This document shows, piece by piece, positions 6,873-13,584 of a DNA stretch of 42,183 nucleotides. This DNA is from a bacterium (GTDB lineage Bacteria; Desulfobacterota; Binatia; UBA1149; CAITLU01): assembly GCA_003354045.1 (NCBI GenBank), contig PIVZ01000002.1, forward strand, positions 1 through 42,183, read 5' to 3'. Each line of letters begins with the position of its first letter. Position 1 is the first letter of the stretch. The position numbers and the translations under genes were made by a program. The notes under the pieces are model-generated. The model had not been told where the DNA came from and made no database searches. It worked only from the letters and a program-made list of their open reading frames with translations.

Positions 6873-6889
6873 GGATCGGGAGACGAGAG

Positions 6890-7117
6890 TCAATGGGTCC
6901 AATTACCCGAGCCCGTCTTCTGGGGTGTGGGGAGATTGGCCCGCCCGTCTACCACCACCGCGAGCTCCCTTAGCGACTGGCCGATGTGGTGGGCGGCGAG
7001 TGAGATGTGGTGCTGTTCGGTCTCGTCGACGGGAGACTTGAGCCGGTGGCTCATCCCCGCCAGCAGATCGCTCAGGTCGGCGATGTGGGCCGCGAGTTGT
7101 CGGTCATCCATTCCCAT
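6890..7117 (-). CDS. Hypothetical protein.
   Basis: 75 aa. ATG at 7117 preceded by AGGAGGGA. Confidence 0.55.
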   Translation of the reverse strand: MGMDDRQLAAHIADLSDLLAGMSHRLKSPVDETEQHHISLAAHHIGQSLRELAVVVDGRANLPTPQKTGSGNWTH

Positions 7118-7204
7118 TGGTCGTTCCCTCCTGTGTTGTGGCTGCGATGATCGCCCTGGCCAGCATCCTGCCCATCGGGATAGGCTCCTCGGTGGGCCTG
7201 ATCT

Positions 7205-7795
7205 TCATGGGGCCTCTACCTCCCGGAGCGCGTGATATCTGCGCCAGTCTCCACCCCCGCTACCCTGAACGATCCGGCCCCGCTTTATACGCGGCTCTCG
7301 ATACTCCGCCCACGGGAATCGTCTCCGCAGGGTGGTATCTCTCACCGCGAGGCATCCCTCGCGTGCCGAGTCTGGTCGAAGCGGAAATACCCAGCGATCC
7401 TTTACGCTTTGCGGCCCACTACCCCAGTTGCCGTTGCCACTCGGGGGCGGGCGCAGGCGATGCCATGTGGGAGCCCAGGCCCAGCCACACGCGCGGTACA
7501 ATGCGCCGTCATGCCCCACTGCGGGGTCTGAGTAGCTCACGACGGTTGTCGGGGATCCGCTCCACGCCCGCAGCCATCCCAGCAGCCCACCCCACTGACG
7601 CGTGCCGGCGTTCGTGGCGCCGCTCACGATGCACCATCTAGATATTTCCAACCACTCGGTCGGGAGGCGTCTGCCTGTTGGGCTGGCGAGAACGATCACG
7701 CCATATTCATCCGACCATGCGATACCCCGACGGGTGGCGCCGAGGTAGTGATGTTCTGCGAGTATATGGTTCACCCTACGGAGCGCATCGATCAT
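7205..7795 (-). CDS. GNAT-fold protein of the XF1762/Mom-like type (putative DNA-modifying acyltransferase).
   Basis: 196 aa. Motif series EHHYLG ... WLEISRW ... NAGTRQW ... VVSYSDPAVGHDGALYRACGW matches my recollection of this family. No HMM check was run. Confidence 0.55.
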   Translation of the reverse strand: MIDALRRVNHILAEHHYLGATRRGIAWSDEYGVIVLASPTGRRLPTEWLEISRWCIVSGATNAGTRQWGGLLGWLRAWSGSPTTVVSYSDPAVGHDGALYRACGWAWAPTWHRLRPPPSGNGNWGSGPQSVKDRWVFPLRPDSAREGCLAVRDTTLRRRFPWAEYREPRIKRGRIVQGSGGGDWRRYHALREVEAP

Positions 7796-7847
7796 CTCCC
7801 GCCGCCCTCCCGGAGCGTTGGTCTTTCCTCCCCTTCGTGCCGGCCGT

Positions 7848-8210
7848 TCACGTCTTGTACGCCTTCAACGATTCCCGGCCGTTCATTTTCGTTACGTCGA
7901 TCTCCCAGCGTTCCGCCTCTTCTTGGATGGCGGACAGCGCGGCACTTTCAAGCTCATGAACCCGTACTTTGCCGGGGTACCACTTGTCGCGATTAGGCAA
8001 CGCATGCAGATATCCGCCGAGGATCACCACACGGCGTAGGCTCTTCTCCTGATCACTGAGCATCTTGAATCGCATTCTCTTCTCGTAGGTCCCGCTGCCT
8101 TCGGTACCGATCCACCGGATGAATCTCAGTTCCCGCAGTTGTCCCCAGTTTTTGAGGCCGCCTGACTGGTCTTCGGTTTTCGCTGGGGTTCTGACTTTGC
8201 CTACCGTCAT
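7848..8210 (-). CDS. Hypothetical protein.
   Basis: 120 aa from ATG 8210 (GGGGAGAGG upstream). The longer ORF-track version, 7848-8450, has an implausible N-terminus. Confidence 0.55.
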   Translation of the reverse strand: MTVGKVRTPAKTEDQSGGLKNWGQLRELRFIRWIGTEGSGTYEKRMRFKMLSDQEKSLRRVVILGGYLHALPNRDKWYPGKVRVHELESAALSAIQEEAERWEIDVTKMNGRESLKAYKT

Positions 8211-8277
8211 CCCGCCTCTCCCCTCGGCCCGTCGCCCTGATAGACTTTTCCTCGTTTTACTCGATCCTTGTCCGGCA

Positions 8278-8463
8278 TCAACCTGTCCCCCGTAGATCTC
8301 GGCCCCGCTCGGCGTCGTAACTGGTGCCGTGCTCGGCTTTGTACCGCTCTCTCCACTGCACCTGAGCGGACTTCTTGCAGCAGTGCTTGTTCGGCACGTT
8401 CTCAAGAACGTCGTGCACCCATGCTCGGTGCGTTCCGATGGTCCCATCACAGTGAGGGCACAT
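8278..8463 (-). CDS. Small Zn-finger protein (Com-like by size, Cys layout and position).
   Basis: 61 aa from ATG 8463, overlapping the methyltransferase stop by 1 nt. Product MCPHCDG...(22 aa)...HCCKK. Confidence 0.5.
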   Translation of the reverse strand: MCPHCDGTIGTHRAWVHDVLENVPNKHCCKKSAQVQWRERYKAEHGTSYDAERGRDLRGTG

Positions 8464-9191
8464 CACAGCGCACCCCCCATGTTGAGCACTTCTTGCCCCA
8501 TCCTCTCCGCCGCGATCTCGCAATACTTCTCCTCTATCTCGATGCCGATGGCCTTGCGGCCCAAGTCCTTCGCGGCGCGCAGAGTGGTGCCGCTGCCCAT
8601 GAAGGGGTCAAGGACGGTGCCGCCTTCGGGCACCGAACATCCAATTGGAATTGCGACAAGGCACTCACGCATCTGCGTTGGGTGACCATTTTTCCCCGGC
8701 TGCCCGTGTCTGTATGCGTCGGCCTCAATCACATTAGACCTCGGGGTATCCGATGGGCTCGGCACCCACTCACGCCCAGGCTTGTATGCGTAAAGGCAGA
8801 GGCTCGCGCCACTAGGCCATCCCGCCCCAGGTGGCGGCGGAGCAGGGCATTTACGCGCCCACACGAGGAACCTAGTAATCCACCCGTCATCCTCAAAGAC
8901 GCTTGTGGCGAGAGAAAATTGCTGGTGGCCTAGCCATGCGTAAACGGTCAGAGCGCCGGTCAATTCCGCTGCTCGCCGGATTGTTTCGACATGGGCTAGG
9001 CCGCAGCACATATCGTCATTCTCAAAGAAAACCACGCGGCGTCTGCGTCCGTGAGTCGCCTTTGCCCCTACCCCAGATAGTCCATATGGCGGGTCTGTCA
9101 CCACCGCATCCACCTTTGGCAGCGTTGGCAGTATCTCCCGGCAGTCGCCGTGATAGATCGTGATGCCAGCCTCGTCGTAGTACGGCTTCAC
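8463..9191 (-). CDS. Beta-class amino DNA methyltransferase (N6-adenine or N4-cytosine).
   Basis: 242 aa. Motif IV DPPYG lies near the N-terminus and motif I DPFMGSGTT near the C-terminus. GTG start with GAGGGGGG upstream. Confidence 0.9.
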   Translation of the reverse strand: MKPYYDEAGITIYHGDCREILPTLPKVDAVVTDPPYGLSGVGAKATHGRRRRVVFFENDDMCCGLAHVETIRRAAELTGALTVYAWLGHQQFSLATSVFEDDGWITRFLVWARKCPAPPPPGAGWPSGASLCLYAYKPGREWVPSPSDTPRSNVIEADAYRHGQPGKNGHPTQMRECLVAIPIGCSVPEGGTVLDPFMGSGTTLRAAKDLGRKAIGIEIEEKYCEIAAERMGQEVLNMGGAL

Positions 9192-9225
9192 TTCACCCCC
9201 CTCAAGCTTGATGGCAGTGGTCGAG

Positions 9226-9276
9226 CCCGTCTACCAGGCTGGGCCCGTCTGTGGATCGGCAGAGCTGCGCCCGTCT
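9226..9276 (+). repeat. Three direct copies of CCCGTCT (gagCCCGTCTACc, gggCCCGTCTGTg, gcgCCCGTCTTTc) upstream of the methyltransferase operon.
   Basis: Copies at 9226, 9244 and 9270, inside the 158-bp intergenic region 9192-9349. Related copies at 6747, 6912, 6944, 11053, 12033 and 4702, all in the same orientation. Confidence 0.6.
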
Positions 9277-9349
9277 TTCGAGCGTCGCACGACTGCGCAA
9301 TCGGACAAGAGAGCAGCCCCCACTACCCTCTTGCGCCCATCGTCCAGCC

Positions 9350-10156
9350 TCACCTCGACTGCAGAAACCTCTCAGCCCTTGATCGGTGGCCATCACGGTC
9401 GGCCGCTGCCTTGAAGTAGAGCCCTACCGCAACGGTCGACGGATCCATGAAACGGGCGTCTGTCTCGTCGCCCGATATCACCCGACGGCCCCGGAATCGA
9501 GCGGGCAGCGCGTCTGATTTGGTGGAGTCAAAGACTACGGCCACGTTGAATCCACGAGGGACGCTCCGAGACTTCTCGCTCCAAGAGTAGGTGAGATGGT
9601 AATTCGCGAGTTTCTTAGACCGCTCGAGTCGTGACTCAACTTTGGTGTAATCGTAGAATCGGACATTGGGGTGGCGAGTCGAGAGGATGGCGCCGTAGCC
9701 AGTATCGCTCGAACCGTCGAATCTGACTGCTGGCACCATCCCGAGTCGATCGGCCTTTCGCTCGAGCGCCCGCACCTCGAGGTCTATCAGCTCACCGAAG
9801 AGAGATCGAGACCCGAGAAACAAAGCCGTCTTCCAGAGCCGCGCCCGCTTGCTGGGACTCATTGAAAGCATGCCCGAATTGTGACCCAAACAGATATCAC
9901 CGCACTCGCCAGCCTTGGGACACAGTGACCGATGAGGAGTTGAGGTGCCAGCGAATGCCTCGGAATGAGGCGACATATAGCCGACCGCGGTCAGGATCCC
10001 GATGGCGTCGCCTTTCAGAGTCTTTACCGATGCTCCGAGTATCTCCACCCGATGCGATGGGAAGCAACGGAGCGCCTCTCGCGATACTCCGGAGCGCTTT
10101 ACGATCGCATGCCACTCGGAACGGATTTGACGAACTACCTCAGCCCGGCGCCTCAT
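9350..10156 (-). CDS. Conserved phage protein with a Cys-rich motif (possibly GP88 family).
   Basis: 268 aa. SLCPKAGECGDICLGHNSG ... VPAVRFDGSSD. The family assignment is from memory only. Confidence 0.65.
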   Translation of the reverse strand: MRRRAEVVRQIRSEWHAIVKRSGVSREALRCFPSHRVEILGASVKTLKGDAIGILTAVGYMSPHSEAFAGTSTPHRSLCPKAGECGDICLGHNSGMLSMSPSKRARLWKTALFLGSRSLFGELIDLEVRALERKADRLGMVPAVRFDGSSDTGYGAILSTRHPNVRFYDYTKVESRLERSKKLANYHLTYSWSEKSRSVPRGFNVAVVFDSTKSDALPARFRGRRVISGDETDARFMDPSTVAVGLYFKAAADRDGHRSRAERFLQSR

Positions 10157-10482
10157 GACCGAGAACAGCGGGCCAGAGTACGGCCGTCAATTATCTCGAT
10201 CACATGGTTCTCGTAGAGCGCTTGACCAGACTCGCGGCACTTCACCATCTCAGCCTGTGCAGCGTCGGGCATCCGATCGACAACACCATCCCAGCACGAA
10301 GTGCACCGGATCGACATAGAAGATGGGTTCTTGTGAGTGACGAGAGTACACTTGCGAAAGTCAAGAACCGTCCCGCATTCCTGACAATAGATCGCACGAC
10401 CCACTGCATATTTCAGGGTTTCGCGGTGCATCTTGCGTTCGAGGGGGGAGAAGATGGGATCTGAATTGATGGCGGTATTCAT
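10153..10482 (-). CDS. Zn-ribbon protein.
   Basis: 109 aa from ATG 10482 (GGAGAA upstream). CQEC ... CTSC. The stop overlaps the next start (ATGA). Confidence 0.6.
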   Translation of the reverse strand: MNTAINSDPIFSPLERKMHRETLKYAVGRAIYCQECGTVLDFRKCTLVTHKNPSSMSIRCTSCWDGVVDRMPDAAQAEMVKCRESGQALYENHVIEIIDGRTLARCSRS

Positions 10483-11473
10483 TGGGTGGTTCTCCAGTGG
10501 TCTCTCTCGACCGATCAAAGGCTGGGCTTCAATGCCCGGCCCACACTCTCTACGGCATCCGACCAAACTTCCACAGTGCCAATCTATGAGGCAGGCGCAG
10601 CTTTAAGTGGCGGGGTGATTTAACCACAGGTACCAGATCAACTCCCATTCATCTGCGCTCCGGTACTTGAAGTGAGAGAGTAGATCGAGGGGGGTGCAGC
10701 TTCTGTACTGCAGTGGGTGAATCACTACGAACAGTCGTTAGTTGAATTGTACGGTGAATGGGTGGGTTATTGGGAAGCACTACTACGGTAGGGTGAGAGG
10801 TATTGATGGACGAGGCCAGCTCGACTCAACTAAATGCCTTGATCCAGATGCATTGATAAAGGGATGAGCAGACAGGTTGACTGTCGAATGTACTGAGAAT
10901 CGACTCGATCTAGGTGCTGTAGACAGTGACGAGAGGCTGAGGGTCAACCTATTGAGTCTGGGATCGGATCGGGTCCCTTTGGGTCGGGCCAGGAGACCCC
11001 CCCCTACCCCCTTTTTGGGGCCCCAACGCGCGCCCGGCGCCTATGCGTGGGACCCGTCTGTGTATGAACTCATCCAGGATCCCCTCTGCCCCAGAACTCC
11101 CCCAAATATCCAGGCAGATGTCCTTCTGATCATGAGTTTTATCGGGTACTTGTGGTGATATTTGCTGGTTTGGTGTCCACTGGAGGGATGCACCGGGAAG
11201 TCGTTCTGGTGCAGTGGGGGCAGAGGTGGTCGAGTTACCTGATCCACCATTTGAAGAGGTTGATGAGGTGGTTCATCTCTCCTCTAGACCTCCCGAAGAC
11301 CTGGTGTTTTGGAGGGGTTGATGCAGGGCCCATTTTCCGAGCTCGAACAGGAATTGGGAAACCCGGTGCACTTGGACTGCGTGGTTGGAGTACTCCACTA
11401 TCGATCTGGAGCGGATTCGTCAAGGGGTGTGGTGGGTGACTTTAACGCTGTTATAGAGACTATCATCCTGATT
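10483..11473. other. 991-bp region with no convincing ORF and lower G+C (candidate origin, attP, ncRNA or decayed insert).
   Basis: Only short, mutually overlapping, SD-less ORFs. Hand-counted G+C is 43-50% in three 60-nt lines, against 55-67% in two coding lines. Confidence 0.6.
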
Positions 11474-11857
11474 TTATTGAGATTCTCGCCATCCAACTAT
11501 TTCTCCGTGGCGGTTGAATACGGGCTCAGTTCGGCGTTCGTAGATGTGGGCGAACTTCCGATCCCACTCTCGTCCGAGTTCTTCCCTCCACCTCTCCATC
11601 TTCTCCTCGGTGGTGATCTTCTGGATCTCAGGGACGGGTCTTTTGAGGCTCGAGATATCATTGAGATCCACCTCTTCGGCGTGGATGAGCCTGGCCTGCT
11701 CTCCGTGTGGGTTGGAGCGGTATCTGGCCTGGTTCTCGCCGTACCCAGACCGCCCCGCCTTGGTCTCGCTCCAATCGGTATCCCCAAGCGCCACGTCCCA
11801 AGGGTCGTAGGTCGAGTAGTCTCGGGGCCCCAATGAGTCGGCGTGGATCCGCTTCAT
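11474..11857 (-). CDS. Hypothetical protein.
   Basis: 127 aa. Protein-like composition (MKRIHADSLGPRDYSTYDPWDV...). Last gene of the RHH/HTH operon. Confidence 0.6.
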   Translation of the reverse strand: MKRIHADSLGPRDYSTYDPWDVALGDTDWSETKAGRSGYGENQARYRSNPHGEQARLIHAEEVDLNDISSLKRPVPEIQKITTEEKMERWREELGREWDRKFAHIYERRTEPVFNRHGEIVGWRESQ

Positions 11858-11962
11858 CCCAAGAGTGAACCAAGCGCGGCGGCGGCTGGCAAGAGGTGGA
11901 ATTCACCCTGCAGCCAATTGTTGCACTTGGAACACTCTCCCCTGCCTACGCAACCAGAGATC

Positions 11963-12292
11963 TCACGTATGGGTCTCCTTCAGGCGAGGATCGTCTCCCT
12001 TTTCCCGAAAGACCCCCCGCTCCCAGAGCAAACCCGTCTTCGGCCGCTTCGCCAACTGGGGCAGGAGCTCGACCAGAGAGCACCCGAGAGCGTTCGAGAT
12101 CGCCAGGAGGGTATCGAGCTGCATGCCGTAGAGCATCGGCGAATCGGTGCAAACCTTCGCCAAGCTCGGCATCGACACTTTGGACCGCGAGGCGATGTCG
12201 ACGCGCCGGAGCTCTCCGACCGCCATGAAGCGGCCGATGGGGAGCCTCATGAGGTGTTTCGGGGTGCGATTCGGGTGGAGGCTCTTATTCAC
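11963..12292 (-). CDS. CI/XRE-like helix-turn-helix repressor.
   Basis: 109 aa. HTH-like segment VSMPSLAKVCTDSPMLYGMQLDTLLAISNALGCSLVELL. ATGA overlap with the upstream gene. Confidence 0.75.
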   Translation of the reverse strand: MNKSLHPNRTPKHLMRLPIGRFMAVGELRRVDIASRSKVSMPSLAKVCTDSPMLYGMQLDTLLAISNALGCSLVELLPQLAKRPKTGLLWERGVFREKGDDPRLKETHT

Positions 12293-12573
12293 TTGGGGCC
12301 AACCTCTGGTTGCCGGAGCGCTTCAGCCTCCAAAAGTCTCAATGTGGCGGCAAACTCTATGCCAAGACAGCCCAGATTCAGCTGCATTTTGCGGATTTCT
12401 GCAAGTTCCTTGGCTACGAAGGCAAAACACACCGTGGCCATTCCCACACCCCAAGCATCGGCGATGGTTTTGAGGTCTTCGGCCTGGCCTTGGGTGAAGA
12501 GGAGCCGGACTGGCTCGCTTCTTGCAACCTCGGGGGGGAGTTTCTTCCTGCCTGAAGTGGAGTTGGCAGCCAT
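12289..12573 (-). CDS. Putative ribbon-helix-helix DNA-binding protein.
   Basis: 94 aa from ATG 12573 (GAGGAGG 5 nt upstream). VRLLFTQGQAEDLKTIADAWGVGMATVCFAFVAKEL fits a strand-helix-helix layout. Confidence 0.55.
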   Translation of the reverse strand: MAANSTSGRKKLPPEVARSEPVRLLFTQGQAEDLKTIADAWGVGMATVCFAFVAKELAEIRKMQLNLGCLGIEFAATLRLLEAEALRQPEVGPK

Positions 12574-12675
12574 CCAGCCTCCTCGGGTGAAAATGCAGGT
12601 TGGCCCCATCATCTCGGCCGATGGTAGCAAGAACCCGTCCTGCGCATGCTCATTCAGGGCGACCAACCTGGCTCC

Positions 12676-12704
12676 AATATACGCGCATTCCCCAGATCGC
12701 TCAA
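12676..12704 (-). promoter_or_regulatory. Putative sigma70-type promoter TTGAGC - 17 nt - TATATT for the RHH/HTH operon.
   Basis: Reverse complement of 12699-12704 is TTGAGC and of 12676-12681 is TATATT. Lies in the 210-bp intergenic region. Confidence 0.5.
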
Positions 12705-12783
12705 GTCCCCGGCTAGAAGATGGGCTCGAGCAGATCCGAGGCGAGGAGGAAGTTGAAGGCGATCAGGGCGTAGTCGATCCACC

Positions 12784-13140
12784 TCACTCACCGGGCGGTG
12801 GCACGAGGGCCAAGATCTCGGCCATAGCGTCGGCGAGGGCAGTTTCCGGAGTCGTGACGATCTCAAGCCGGTGCAGCCTTTCGAGGTGCCGGCCGACTGC
12901 CGCATAGGCCTCTTCCCTCCCAAGCCTGAATCCATTCACGACTGCCGCCCCGGTCTTCCAATCCTCGAGTTCCAGTTCCAGTTCCTTGACGCGCGCGGTG
13001 ATCTTCTCTTCGGCAGTGGGCTTACTGGGCGTTTCCATCTCGCACCTCTGGATGGCTCGGTTGAACATTGGGTTGTCGGGGTCGTAGAGAAGGGGGAAGA
13101 AGAGCTTCAGGGTCTTGAGGTCGGGGGGCTCTCCGTTCAC
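12784..13140 (-). CDS. Hypothetical protein; start uncertain (13140 GTG or 13161 ATG).
   Basis: GTG at 13140 forms a GTGA overlap with the upstream stop. Coiled-coil-like segment KITARVKELELELEDWK. Confidence 0.5.
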   Translation of the reverse strand: MNGEPPDLKTLKLFFPLLYDPDNPMFNRAIQRCEMETPSKPTAEEKITARVKELELELEDWKTGAAVVNGFRLGREEAYAAVGRHLERLHRLEIVTTPETALADAMAEILALVPPPGE

Positions 13141-13355
13141 GCCTCCCCCACAGCCTTGCACCGCATAGCAGCATCGCGACTTTCAAGAAGCTTGCGCATG
13201 GCCACCAGGTGCTCCGTGCCTGGCCTGATCCCATCCGCGAGTGCTTCGGCCATGTTCCAGTACGCCTCGCAGATCGGCTTCTTCGCCTCGGGGATGTCTG
13301 GGGTCTGTACGAAGCGGCGCAGTAGGATCTTGTACTCGGGTACTCGTGTGGCCAT
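13137..13355 (-). CDS. 72-aa protein, a divergent paralogue of the adjacent Acb2/Tad1-hairpin-like protein.
   Basis: IRPGTEHLVAMRKLLESRDAAMRCKAV aligns with CPLGREKSLAITKLEEAKFWASAAVA of the neighbour. Both proteins are 72 aa. Confidence 0.55.
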   Translation of the reverse strand: MATRVPEYKILLRRFVQTPDIPEAKKPICEAYWNMAEALADGIRPGTEHLVAMRKLLESRDAAMRCKAVGEA

Positions 13356-13573
13356 CAGCGAGTCGCCTTATTGCGGGCTACCGCAGCGCTCGCCCAGAAC
13401 TTCGCCTCTTCGAGCTTGGTGATGGCGAGGCTCTTCTCGCGACCAAGCGGGCAATTCTCGTCTACTTCGCAAATCGCAATGTGGATTGCCGCCGAAAGAG
13501 AAGCGTGGCGCTCGATGCCATCCCCACTCGGCGCATGGTAGGTGACTCGGTTGGTGATCTCTTCGTCGCTCAT
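13355..13573 (-). CDS. Acb2/Tad1-hairpin-like small protein (candidate cyclic-nucleotide sponge).
   Basis: 72 aa from ATG 13573 (GAGGGG upstream). NRVTYHAPSGDGIERH ... PLGREKSLAITKLEEAKFWASAAVARN matches the motif pattern I associate with T4 Vs.4/Acb2-type proteins. Assignment is from memory, not searched. Confidence 0.6.
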   Translation of the reverse strand: MSDEEITNRVTYHAPSGDGIERHASLSAAIHIAICEVDENCPLGREKSLAITKLEEAKFWASAAVARNKATR

Positions 13574-13584
13574 ACCCCTCAAGC

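Noticed and set aside
10877-11158. 93-aa ORF (TTG start) and its neighbours 11041-11250 (-), 11152-11439 (+) and 11235-11423 (-) in the non-coding gap.
   Set aside because: No SD, mutually overlapping on both strands, and odd products (PPPTPFLGPQRAPG..., HQTSKYHHKYPIK...). Treated as non-coding, but this should be re-examined by tblastx/HHpred.
10492-11185. 9-bp inverted repeat CTCCAGTGG (10492-10500) / CCACTGGAG (11177-11185) as the borders of a segment invertible by the small Fim-sized recombinase.
   Set aside because: About two 9-bp inverted pairs are expected by chance in 1 kb, and nothing else supports inversion. The left copy is simply the SD region of the Zn-ribbon gene.
11386-11397. 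Perfect 12-bp palindrome TGGAGTACTCCA.
   Set aside because: About ten 12-bp palindromes are expected by chance in 42 kb. It is a single occurrence with no promoter context, unlike the TCTAC-NN-GTAGA set.
10613-11446. Direct repeat GGGTGA(C)TTTAAC at both margins of the non-coding gap, read as a target-site duplication or attL/attR of an inserted element.
   Set aside because: Not fully rejected, but it is a single 12/13-nt match with an indel that I found post hoc. I estimate a chance probability of a few percent. No transposase, terminal inverted repeats or other element hallmarks lie between the copies. It is kept only as a note within the finding on the gap.
11843-12907. 354-aa ORF on the + strand.
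   Set aside because: It runs antisense to three well-supported minus-strand genes (HTH, RHH, 118-aa). Its product is Arg/Pro/Ser/Ala-rich and it has no SD. This is a typical high-GC shadow ORF.
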